Assembly (NCBI RefSeq): GCF_001194135.2 | Contig: NC_068981.1 | Span: forward strand, 143,083,062 to 143,147,038 | DNA length: 63,977 bases | Direction of reading: 5' to 3' | DNA from: Octopus bimaculoides | Taxonomy: Eukaryota | Shown: one piece after another, positions 1 through 10,915 of the stretch | How positions within the stretch are numbered: the first letter of the stretch is position 1 | Layout of the letters: the number at the start of each line of letters is the position of its first letter | The notes under the pieces: model-generated | Database searches by the model: none | Seen by the model: the letters and a program-made list of their open reading frames with translations, nothing else | Told to the model about the DNA's origin: nothing | Translations under genes and position numbers: made by a program

Positions 1-90
1 ACTACCCTATGCAGGAGCCCCGTGGAGCTTTAGGTGTTTTCGCTTAATAAACACACACAACGGCCGATCTGTGCCATTGCGCCTCCACAT
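1..90 (-). mobile_element. tRNA-derived SINE remnant (family D), internally deleted
   Basis: Reverse complement begins GTGGAGGCGCAATGGC (SINE-head-like) and continues into TGTGTGTTTATTAAGCGAAAACACCTAAAGCTCCACG. Most of the tRNA region is missing. Family recognised from memory only. Confidence 0.45.
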
Positions 91-228
91 CAGTAATATA
101 AATTATCTAGAAAATATAATCTGAAAATGATGGTTCGAGACCTACAGGCAGCCATCAACATTTCCTCCTGTACTTGAAACAATTTATCATACGAATAGAC
201 AGACAGATAGGTAGCTAGGGATGTAGGT

Positions 229-230
229 AA

Positions 231-300
<70 letters not shown>
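229..300. repeat. (AGAT)n microsatellite
   Basis: Direct reading. Confidence 0.98.
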
Positions 301-302
<2 letters not shown>

Positions 303-359
303 AGGAATGCAATCAAATTACAGTTATCACCGCGCACACTCGCAATTATACAAACATAT

Positions 360-700
360 AACTATGACACACCGTCGGTTACGGCGACGCAGTTTGCAAT
401 TGATCATGAAAGTAAAGTGCAACTGGCTGAGCATTCCACAGACACGCCTACTCTAAGCGTAACATAATTCTCAAAGAGATTCAGCGTGACACAGAATGTG
501 ACAAGACTGGTCCTTTGAAATACAAGAACTACTCCTACTCATTAAAATACAGGTACTGTTCATTTTTGCCAACTGAGTAGACTGGAGCAACATGAAATGA
601 AGCGTCTTGCTCTAGGACACGACGAACCGTCAAATTTCGATTTTAGATCGTGAATTATATACCGCGATAGTTGCACCTACTAGTGATATTAGAATCCGCA
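360..700 (-). mobile_element. Diverged tRNA-derived SINE (family C, V-domain-like core)
   Basis: Minus strand reads TGTCCTAGAGCAAGACGCTTCATTTCATGTTGCTCCAGTCTACTCAGTTGGCAAAAATG, resembling the GTGTCCTTGAGCAAGACACTT core of V-type SINEs. Confidence 0.55.
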
Positions 701-2135
701 TATGACGGCGTAACACCATCTCCCATTAGCAAGAGTTCCGGAATGGTGTGACTTACCATGAAAAAGATTTATAGGACCTTTTTTATGGTATGTAAGAGAT
801 ACCATTTAATTGGACGTGATGCGATAATCTGTCATGCCAAGCAATAAAGGATTCTTTAAACATAGGGTGCTTTATTTCCCGTAAGATATGATACCCCCAC
901 TCTACCTTGGGGCGGGCATACTTTGATGAGATTTTGCTACATGCAAGTTGGGTGAACGAATGTCCAGTGCAGTTATCTCTCTGTTCAGAGAAAGTCACTG
1001 TATTAAACATTTTTTTAAAGCGGATACCAAAGAAATTAAATTTAAGACAAAACGGGTACTAATCAATGAATTGTATATACTAGGTGTTAGTTTCATGTGT
1101 CCTTATTTAGGAAAAGCTTGTTGTATTTGTGAAAAGTCAGCATTATTGGGGAGGGTAAATTTTAACGTCCTCTCCGATACTGTTGGGGGGAGGAGCAAAA
1201 GTTAGCAGACATGTAGGAATGGAAGCTATCTGAATATTGGAGAAGATTTACCTGTACGCTTTTCGACTCAATTCTGTGCATTCTGCCCTTTCGGCCAGAT
1301 AAAATATAATTCGTTTTACGCTATCTTCGTTTGCCAATATATTGATTTCTGACGAGGGCACAAGTTTCCATATTTGTGGGCACAAATTCTGAATGTGTGC
1401 TTCTATCATAGGTTATTTCAACCACTTATTTTATGGAGGGATTTAAATGCATGACAATTAAACCCACTAGCAGAACTGTTGCGTATTTTCCAAAAATCAG
1501 ATGGATGAAAGAGAAATTTGTAAATTGGGCAAAGCAGTGTTACGATTTTATAACCTGTCGTCTAATAGGCATAGGGAATATAATCTATGTATACATACAT
1601 ACATACATACACACACAAACACATATGTATATATATATATATANNNNNNNNNNNNNNNNNNNNNNNNNNNNNNNNNNNNNNNNNNNNNNNNNNNNNNNNN
1701 NNNNNNNNNNNNNNNNNNNNNNNNNNNNNNNNNNNNNNNNNNNNNNNNNNNNNNNNNNNNNNNNNNNNNNNNNNNNNNNNNNNNNNNNNNNNNNNNNNNN
1801 NNNNNNNNNNNNNNNNNNNNNNNNNNNNNNNNNNNNNNNNNNNNNNNNNNNNNNNNNNNNNNNNNNNNNNNNNNNNNNNNNNNNNNNNNNNNNNNNNNNN
1901 NNNNNNNNNNNNNNNNNNNNNNNNNNNNNNNNNNNNNNNNNNNNNNNNNNNNNNNNNNNNNNNNNNNNNNNNNNNNNNNNNNNNNNNNNNNNNNNNNNNN
2001 NNNNNNNNNNNNNNNNNNNNNNNNNNNNNNNNNNNNNNNNNNNNNNNNNNNNNNNNNNNNNNNNNNNNNNNNNNNNNNNNNNNNNNNNNNNNNNNNNNNN
2101 NNNNNNNNNNNNNNNNNNNNNNNNNNNNNNNNNNN

Positions 2136-2189
<54 letters not shown>

Positions 2190-5100
2190 TGTGTGTGTGT
2201 GTGTATCTTCGATGTTGTCTACATCGTTATTCACAGTCCTAATGATTCGTAGTAGTCTGTGTGCTTATATGTGTGCGCACGTGTCTTTATGGAATGGAGC
2301 CCGTTTTCCAAAAAGCTTATTTCTTGTTCCACGGCAAACGTTACATAATCTACCGTATCAGCGTATTGAAGCAGTAAGTACCTAATTGCATTAATAAAGT
2401 TTACAGCTTATAACAAAGTGTTAGTGCACTTAATGAGATGTGTGAGAAAATGTGATCTGACCAAGACAATAAATACATTCGGAAATGGTAAATACTGAAA
2501 CACTGTTTAAATCTAGGAAAGATATAGAAGCGATAACAGCAAATCCCCAGCATTGGAAACGAGTTCACAAACACAGGAACTCTGTCAATTAACAGTGGGG
2601 ACAAGTAGTGATGAAGGAGAAAATTATGAACTTTGGTAGGCACAGCGAGGCTCTTTTTCTAATTAAACCTTCTTAGTGGAATATAATATTTAGTTAGATT
2701 TCATGAAGGTATAGTGATATATAATGCAAATGATTATACACATCGAAGTACACATGTAGGCTTCGATGTTGGCAACAGTTTAACATTCAGTTTACTTTGA
2801 ATAAGTAAAGTACGATTCCTTTGTTGAAATATATTGAATTCTAATCTGCGATGTAAGCACATTCCTGCCAGTGCCGATATAAGAAGCCATGAAATGAGTT
2901 ATAGGATTTCAAATATCTCCAATTCAAGTTTCGCATGATTAATGTTTTATAATTAACACGTAATCTTAAAGCTTTATAAATCACCTGCGCATATATTGAT
3001 ATTTATTAATTTATACTGGCCTCTACCGAGATCTACCACTATTCTATACAGTTATATTTATTTCCCTCCCTTATTTTCTTCATCCACTAATCTATGTCTG
3101 TATAGCTTTGTCAATTTTAAATTCATTTAGTTTTCTTATTTAGTCCTTTATTTTTTTCTGTATCAATTCGCCTTTTCTATTTATCTGTCCACACTGTTTT
3201 CCAATGCGCGTACACTTCACTCTGTTTTTACCATTTTCTTTTTATTCACCACAATTTGCTCATCTCCATAATTTTTTTTTTCTTCTTCTCTGTCGCCATG
3301 TAACTTTTTCAATCCTTCATCCCGTGTTTTGCATGTCTTTCCACTTCTTACTTCAACAAGAATAAGAAAAGTCACTGCTTCAGATTTGTTGCTAATTTCT
3401 TTTCTGACGTGTTAATTTCTTTTTGTCTTGGGATTTTATAAATTATATTTCCCTCTTTTATGTTTCCTTTCTCTAATGCCTCTCCCACTTTCTTCTCTAC
3501 TTTATCTTCCTCTTTTTCTGTTCGTTTTAATTTTCATTGTAACTGTTCCTCGAGAACAATGATATTCTTAATGCTTGCTTTCATTTCTCAATCTTAGCTT
3601 GTATATATATTTGTTTGTTATGCTTTGGTAAATTACAAAATTATCTCCAAAATTATTGCAATTTTTGTTTCACCATTTTTTTCCTGACTTCGCTTCTTTC
3701 TTATCCATTTCTCTCCTAGCATAAAATTTCCATCATTTCTCTGTACCGTAATAATCATCAGTTTTATCATGCTTATTTCTCATGGCTTTCTATAACTGCA
3801 ACTTGATTGATTAATTCCAAAGCAAACTGGATATTGTTCTAAACTGATGACTTGTTTTTCTTTCTCTTTTATTACGCCATTGAAATGATCCTTCATGCTA
3901 CATATCTCATGACTGTCATGAAGAAGCCAAAGTTCATCTATTGAATATAGTTGAAAGACGGTTAAGCTGCAGATGAGGCTACGACAAAATAAATATTTCT
4001 AATTATCAAATAAATTAAAAAACAAATCTTCAATTCAAATGTATCACGCAAAATCGTTAGTACCAAGTTTATTTCACCCCCTGTATACGCTTGTTTCATT
4101 TCTAATCCATTGAGGGATTTTGCTGAGCATTCGTGTCCCTGTATATGCAAAAAAATATAAACAGAATATTTCGTTTTTGTATTTGGTTTGCCAGATTCTT
4201 GATATGAACACGTGAGTTGAAAAATAATTTTTTTATCTTGTATCTTGGGAGCGTTTTTATAACAATAATAATCACATGCACGCGTTCAATTTTTCTTTGT
4301 TATTCATCAACTGGGTGACTATTTAACTAATTAATAGATTGATAAGTCAATCGTTTTATCAATCAGTTAGATGTTAGGTAAAATCAACTGGTTATTTAAC
4401 TGAATGATCAATCGATTAATTAGTTTAAAAGGCTAATCAATTATCGAATAATGAAAAGAGAATTTGAACCCGTGTGCGCGTTTATTATTGGTATAAGGAC
4501 TCTCCTGAGATACAATAAAAAAAGTAGAAAAAGCCTCAATGATGAATTGCCACGTGTTTTCGCTTTATTTTTCTTGTACACATCTTCCTTCTATCATAAG
4601 CACACTCATAGGATCTCTTCAATATACAACCGGAGGGAAGTTCGGAGGAAAAGGATAGTGGTAAAATACGTTGGAATGAGTCGTTTGCGAAGACCTAACT
4701 CCATAATTTCTTACACTAATCTCGTTGCAGTTTTTCGAGTATAAACAATGTCTCTGAATAAGATGAATTCCGATAAGACAAAATATGAACGATTTGCTAT
4801 TTGAAAACTAATATTAATTGTTACTGAGATGCAACGTGTCATTTTGTCCAGAAGAACCCTGAAAGGGCGCTAACAATTGGAGTCATTCGAAGCACAATGT
4901 AATCCCGTCTTTCTTTCAAGATCATTGCATCTTGGAAACATATGTCGTCTCTTACTTTTTTTTTTATTTTAAAGGTGATACAGTGGTGTTATAGTGGCTG
5001 CAATTTCCATTATGTGAAAAACGACGGAGAGACATTTGCACTAGTATTTACTTGTTTCAATGTTATTCCTTTATTTTTATATTTGAATTTAGAGATGCCG

Positions 5101-5196
5101 AGTGCACAGAATACTGAATAGCCGAGCAATAGATCGGTCGCTTGAACATTTTACCTAGAGTGTGTTGTATGTGTGATGGTAAATTTAATGCTTAAT

Positions 5197-5411
5197 ACTC
5201 TTTATTCTTTACTCTTTTACTCTTTTACTTGTTTCAGTCATTTTACTGCGGCCATGCTGGAGCACCGCCTTTAGTCGGGCAAATCGACCCCAGGACTTAT
5301 TTTTTGTAAGCCTAGTACTTATTCTATCGGTCTCTTTTGCCGAACCACTGGATTAAGGGGACGTAAACACACCACCATCGGTAGTCAAGCGATGTTGGGG
5401 GGACAAATACA

Positions 5412-5486
<75 letters not shown>

Positions 5487-5644
5487 GACAGGATTCTTTC
5501 AGTTTCCGTCTACCAAATCCACTCACAAGTCTTTGGTCGGCCCGAGGCTATAGCAGAAGACACTTGCCCAAGGTGCCACGCAGTGGGACTGAACCCGGAA
5601 CCATGTGGTTGGTAGGCAAGCTACTTACCACACGGCCACTCCTG
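5197..5644 (-). mobile_element. tRNA-derived SINE family B (full length, internal (TA)n(TG)n, (GTAAAAGA)n tail)
   Basis: Minus strand: A-box GTGGCCGTGTGGTAAG, B-box GGTTCAGTCCC, core ACCTTGGGCAAGTGTC, tail GCTCCAGCATGGCCGCAGT...GTAAAAGAGTAAAAGAG. Homologous to 8777-9200 and 34548-35010. Confidence 0.88.
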
Positions 5645-6179
5645 GTAGATTTCTTCCTTTAAAACTGAAGAGTTTTCCGTTTACTTGAACTAATTTATGA
5701 TAATGATATCTATTGTATCTTCATTTGAAACTAAAGCATGGCAACAAACTCTTCAATGGTATTCCACCTATCCTATAACGTGATGGAAATCTATGACTAC
5801 TTCTACCAACAATTTCTTGTTTCGAATGAATGTATTTGTTTTGAAAATATAATCTATGTGCAGGTGGTCGACATTGTCCTCAGCTTGTAACTTAATTATA
5901 CAATGTAATCAGTCATATGAACGAGTGGTGGTATTTCTTGTGAGTTAACCATTATAAGAGTTTATTACATAGGCAAGCCGCCAGGAATGAACATGTAAAC
6001 TGACATATTAATTTAAATATGAGACAGTGAAAAATAAGTACTATTTAAGTTTTTCTACAACCAAAATATCATAACCATTTTCATAAGTTATAATTGACTA
6101 TAGAAAATTTTGATTTGGGGGACAAACTAAAATTAATAAATTTAAGTTGCGACAGATAATTTAGCAATTTTCTATTGCG

Positions 6180-6670
6180 TGCTTAACCGTGAGCAGGTGT
6201 GGTCGCCGTTTGTTGAGCGCTCTTTTCCGCAGTTCGTCTCCTTTACGGAGCTACAGTCCTGGATCACGCCTAGACCGAGGCAGAGCGCTTACCACCTAGA
6301 GTGTCTCTAACCAGACACAGCGCATTGCTTACTTGTGGGGCTTTGTCGAAGAGTTATTGTCAGATGTAGGACAGATCTGGTTATCGTCCGAGTCCATTGT
6401 GAAGATCAATCCGCCTCCTTCCTTTGGCAGGAAAGGGGGGGGGGGGTATTTTTTTCTCTGTCTGGTGGCTATCGCAACATTGATTGTGTAGTGGACGTGA
6501 TTGAAAGGTTTGAAGACGAGTACCTTCCTCTTTTGCCGAGGCCTCATTGACTTTTTCAGGCTCTACTTAAAAGGAAAATGAAGCTGGAGAGGGAGGTACT
6601 CTCACCAACTAAGTTCGGTGGAAGGTGCGTGAGTTTACTTTGGTCACATCACAGTGGAACTCCTTCCTGT
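6180..6670 (+). mobile_element. Degraded 3' end of L1/Tx1-like LINE ORF2
   Basis: Frameshifted plus-strand translation LWGFVEELLSDVGQIWLSSESIVKINPPPSF...LVAIATLIV..LKGLK...LIDFFRLYLKRKMKLEREVLSPTKF resembles the C-terminal region of Tx1-type ORF2. Confidence 0.55.
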
Positions 6671-6788
6671 TAGGAAAGCATATTGTTGATTTATGCTATG
6701 TTAATCAGTGTTTGCTGTTTACACGTTCAACCTCATTGTGTATCGTCCTCTATGGCTTGTGTTTGGCCCTGTTGGTCAATAGAGAAAG

Positions 6789-6789
<1 letters not shown>

Positions 6790-6858
<69 letters not shown>

Positions 6859-7345
6859 GAGTGAGAGAGCAGTCCTTGCCATCAAAGTGACACTGGAATA
6901 AAATATATGAAGCCCATTATACCCATCATGACTACCCGTTTGATAAGGGTACACCAGGCACATGCATCACAGTTAGAATTTCTTCAGGTCGAGTAGCCCA
7001 TCCTGCTCAAAAGGTCCCGGAATAAGGTTTGTTTAAGGATGTTGAGCAAAATACCAATGTTTCCAAAGGTGAATTATTCAAACCCCCAAAAATTCCTCTC
7101 AACGCATGGCTATGATGCTCCCCCACTACTTCTGCTCATGATCAGAGATGCACATATCATCAGCCACCAACGGTCATGCTCAACTGGTTACGGTCAAGCA
7201 ACTGACAGGCAAATCTGTGGTATTAAGCAGAATATTTGTTGTAGCCCATCTTTTATGCCAAGATAAAACAATGTACATGATAACACTTCCAATCAATTAA
7301 GATCAGAAGCCATGAGAGCCACTGCCTGGTACTGCATCCGGGCAT
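6790..7345 (-). mobile_element. ~550-bp (AAT)n-tailed non-coding retroelement, copy 1
   Basis: Homologous to 7580-8070 and 44067-44676. On the minus strand it ends in an (AAT)n tail (6790-6858). Confidence 0.8.
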
Positions 7346-7374
7346 AACGTAAAGAAAGACGAAACACCGTTAAG

Positions 7375-7468
7375 CAATTGGCCCGGCGCGCTAGCGTTTC
7401 TGCAAGCTCGGCGCATTTGCCAGCTCGCCGCCTTTGCCACATCGCCGCCTTTGCCAGCTCGCCGCCTT
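7375..7468 (-). mobile_element. SINE family A head with tandemly repeated 5' 17-mer
   Basis: TTTGCCAGCTCGCCGCC-like unit x3 at 7416-7466, following GCCCGGCGCGCTAGCGTTTCTGCAAGCTCG (reverse complement of the family A head). Confidence 0.75.
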
Positions 7469-7579
7469 AGATCGTGTTTTTCGGGAGAAGAGACNNNNNN
7501 NNNNNNNNNNNNNNNNNNNNNNNNNACTCAATAGACCGCAGTGTGGTACCTGCTCTACTAAGCACGTCACTCCGGGCGG

Positions 7580-7580
7580 C

Positions 7581-7666
<86 letters not shown>

Positions 7667-8070
7667 CTTATTATCTTTCCACAGCTTCTAATGCTGGAGA
7701 TATACTACGGTGTCATCTGTTCACTACCAATGAACTAAGGTAACATCTCTTATTTTTCGACCACCTTCCGGAGTATTCGATGTTGAACGAAACACCCATG
7801 TTTCCAGAGTGGGATTATTTAAACCTCAGAGAATTCCTTTCAATACATGGCCATGATGCTCCCCCACTAGTTCTGCTCAGAGTTGCACGATCGTCAGCCA
7901 TTAAGGAACATGCTCAACTGGTTAAACTCAGACAACTGACCAGTAAATCTGTGGTATTGAGCAGAATATTTGCTGCAGCCCAGCTTGTAGACGAAAATAT
8001 AACATGTGCATAATAAAACTTTCAATCAGTTAATATCAGAAACCATGAGAGCCAGTGTCTGGTGTTGCTT
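7580..8070 (-). mobile_element. (AAT)n-tailed retroelement, copy 2 (different 3' segment)
   Basis: 7775-8070 aligns to 7035-7340, while 7660-7775 is unrelated to copy 1. (TTA)n at 7580-7660. Confidence 0.75.
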
Positions 8071-8599
8071 CCATTTTATAAATAATTTTGTTCGTTCGGG
8101 CGTTATTTAGATCGCCCGTAACGCTCTCACGTGATTAGTTGAAGGGAAGGCGAATAGCGAGAGTAAAAGACGGATAAAGAAAAGAGGGAAAGAGAGAGAA
8201 ATAGAGAGAGAAAAAGAAGGAGAGAGTAGCATCCTTGACGTGGGGTAGAGGGAACGTATTTGTAACGCCTTCACGTGATTCGATGAAGGGAAAGAGAGAA
8301 CAAGAGGGAGAAAGAAAACAGTGAGTGGAAAAGAGGATAAAGAGATATAGAAAGAGAGAGAAAGAAAGAAGGAGAGAACAGGAGGGAGTGAGAAGCGTCC
8401 ATAACGTGAGATAGAGAGAATGTAATATTTATTACGTGGTTTAAAAAGTTAGTTGACGGTTGTGATATACAGGTGAGTTAGAAATATAATTTTAGCAGAG
8501 GGCTGATGTCCTGATTGTGAGGTTAAAGACAGGCAGAGAGAAGGGGAGACAGAGAAAAGGAGAGAGTCTATGGAAGGAGAGAGAGGGAGAGTGAGAGTT

Positions 8600-8750
8600 G
8601 TTGTTGTCGGTAGTGGTGGTGGGGGGACGACGGTCGTGGTTGACACGGTGGTAGTGGTTGTGGTGGCGGTGGTGGTGATTGAGACGGTGGTGGTTGAGAT
8701 GGTGATAGTGGAGGTGGTGGTGATGGAGTTGGTGGTGGTGAGTGGTTAGT
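8600..8750. repeat. Degenerate (GGT)n microsatellite
   Basis: Direct reading. It explains the His/Pro-rich pseudo-ORFs. Confidence 0.9.
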
Positions 8751-8776
8751 GAAAAAATGTGGTAAGTAGCTAGGCG

Positions 8777-9200
8777 TAGGAGTGGTTGTGTGGTAAGTAG
8801 CTTGCTTACCAACCACATGGCCCACGGGTTCAGTCCCACTCCGTGGCACCTTGGGCAAGTATCTTCTACTATAGCCTCGGGCCGACCAAAGCCTTGTGAG
8901 TGTATTTGGTAGACGTAAACTGAAAGAAGCCCGTCGTGTATATGTATATATATGTATGTGTGTGTATGTGCGTGTATATTTGTGTGTCTGTGTTTGTCCC
9001 ACCAACACCGCTTGACAACCAATGCTGGTGTGTTAACCTCCCCGTAACTTACCGGTTCCGCAAAAGAGACCGATAGAATAATTAGTAGGCTTACAAAGAA
9101 TAAGTCCTTGGGTCGATTTGCTCGACTAAAGGCGGTGCTCCAGCATGGCCACGGTCAAATTACAAACAAATAAAAGAGTAAAAGAAAGAGTTAAAAGAGT
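8777..9200 (+). mobile_element. tRNA-derived SINE family B, full length
   Basis: GGAGTGGTTGTGTGGTAAGTAGC...GGTTCAGTCCCACT...GGCACCTTGGGCAAGT...GCTCCAGCATGGCC...AAAAGAGTAAAAG. Confidence 0.9.
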
Positions 9201-9549
9201 ATCATTTAACGCATGTGAATCAGTGCAATTCCTTGAAATATTCACACTTATTTGCGTGGTAGATATATGCAATTTAACTAAAGGTTGTATTATATGAACG
9301 GTTGTATTTCTATCGTTTCTGTGTATTAACTTTACAAAATTGTGTATATATAAAGTGCATTCAGTAATCATCGTATTCCAATTTCTTTCTCTTTTCGATG
9401 AGTAGCAGGTGAACGACTATCTTTCCATACAAACACAGCACAAGCTACGCTTTCAGGTTTTTCGATGAAGTTTTCAGAAATGATCCAATAGGTTTACTAT
9501 TAATTCTGTGAAACATTCATGGGTCCCGCTGGTCATTATTGTTATTATT

Positions 9550-9760
9550 AAGGCGGCGAGCTGGCAGGATCGTTAGCACATCGGGCGGAATAGTTTGTGG
9601 CATTTCGCGTGTCTTCATGTTTTGTGTTCAAATTCCACCGAGGTCGACTTTTCCTTTCAGGGTTGATAAAATAAGTGTCGGGGAATTACCGGCGTCGATG
9701 TTGTCGACTAATCGTCTCCTCTCAAATTTTACGACTTGTGACTACAATAGAAATTATTAT
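9550..9760 (+). mobile_element. tRNA-derived SINE family A (Meta-domain-like core)
   Basis: AGGCGGCGAGCTGGCAGGATCGTTAGCAC head; GTTCAAATTCC B-box; GAGGTCGACTTTTCCTTTCAG...GATAAAATAAG core. Confidence 0.8.
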
Positions 9761-10877
9761 TATTATGTTGTTTTTTTTTTTCTTCTTTCTTCAAATTTTC
9801 TTCCATTTCTCGCCGAATATTTTCCGTACACCTAGGGCAGAGAAACTCATTGTATGCATTCCCAGTTTACACACGCAAATTCACAGGCAAAATATGTATT
9901 TTAAAAAAAAATAATAATAAATTCATGAATGAATGTTGTTTACACAGCGATAATATTATTATTATTATTATTATTATTGTTGTTGTTGTTGTTGTTGTTG
10001 TCGTTAGTATCATTACTGCTAAGACGACGAATACTGGCGAGGGCAACTTTGACTTTCGTCTTCTCGGAACCGAAGAAATAAGTACCATTTGAGCACCGGA
10101 GACGATGTAATTGGCATTCCCCTCCCCTGAAATTGCTGGCGTTCTCCTACAGTTTTAAACAACTAATATTATTATTGCTTTCTAACATTTACTCCAAACT
10201 CTAATGTTTACTTAATTGGGCATAATTAGCTATTTTGACCATAGCTTAAATTTCCTAAAAATTTGCACTCATATTTGTTTGAGCTGGTTTCATCATGGAT
10301 CAACCAGTCCTCTCTTTTCGTATATGCTTATGATCAAGAAAGACTTAGATCTATGATTTAGTACCAATACGCTCCTCAAGGTGAGCCTGTTGCCACTGAT
10401 CTAGGCAGCTCTAGATGAGTATACATCAAATCACGTGCTGACGTCCCCGGTGGATGAACAAGGAGAGGACGTCTTATGATCGTAACGGCTGATGTGAGGA
10501 AAGAGGGCAATGCCAGATGGGTCAGCTAAGAAAGCACAGCTGAATTAATAACCTGGGGTCACGGCAATTTCTTTCAGCTTCGTCGACAAATTCTGCAATT
10601 CATATTTCAGATCTACGACTGATGCCTTCCAAACTACAGTGCGTAGGTCATATTCTGTTAATCTGACAACCACCTAAATCAAAATCACTTCATCAATATT
10701 TCTTCACTGTTCTTTTCTATTCGAACTTCAACGAAGAAAAGAATGCTCGGATACGAGATGCTGAAGACGATATATGTGTGTGCGCGCGTGTGCGCGTGTT
10801 TGTGTATGCGTGTGTGTGTGCGCGCGCGTGATGTGCAAGTATATAGAAGGTTAGAGAATATGGTAGATAGATAAATC

Positions 10878-10915
<38 letters not shown>

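Noticed and set aside
783-1010. FIAWHDRLSH resembles the copia GAG-pre-integrase WHxRLGH motif or the zf-RVT region
   Set aside because: Single short motif with no LTRs, integrase or RT context nearby
1433-2385. Long ORFs spanning N gaps (also ~16.3-17.0, 22.1-22.7, 38.3-39.2, 40.8-41.6, 56.1-57.9 and 61.3-62.8 kb)
   Set aside because: Open only because Ns and (AT)n/(GT)n repeats contain no stops
8449-9022. His/Pro-rich ORFs
   Set aside because: Derived from (GGT)n plus a SINE read antisense
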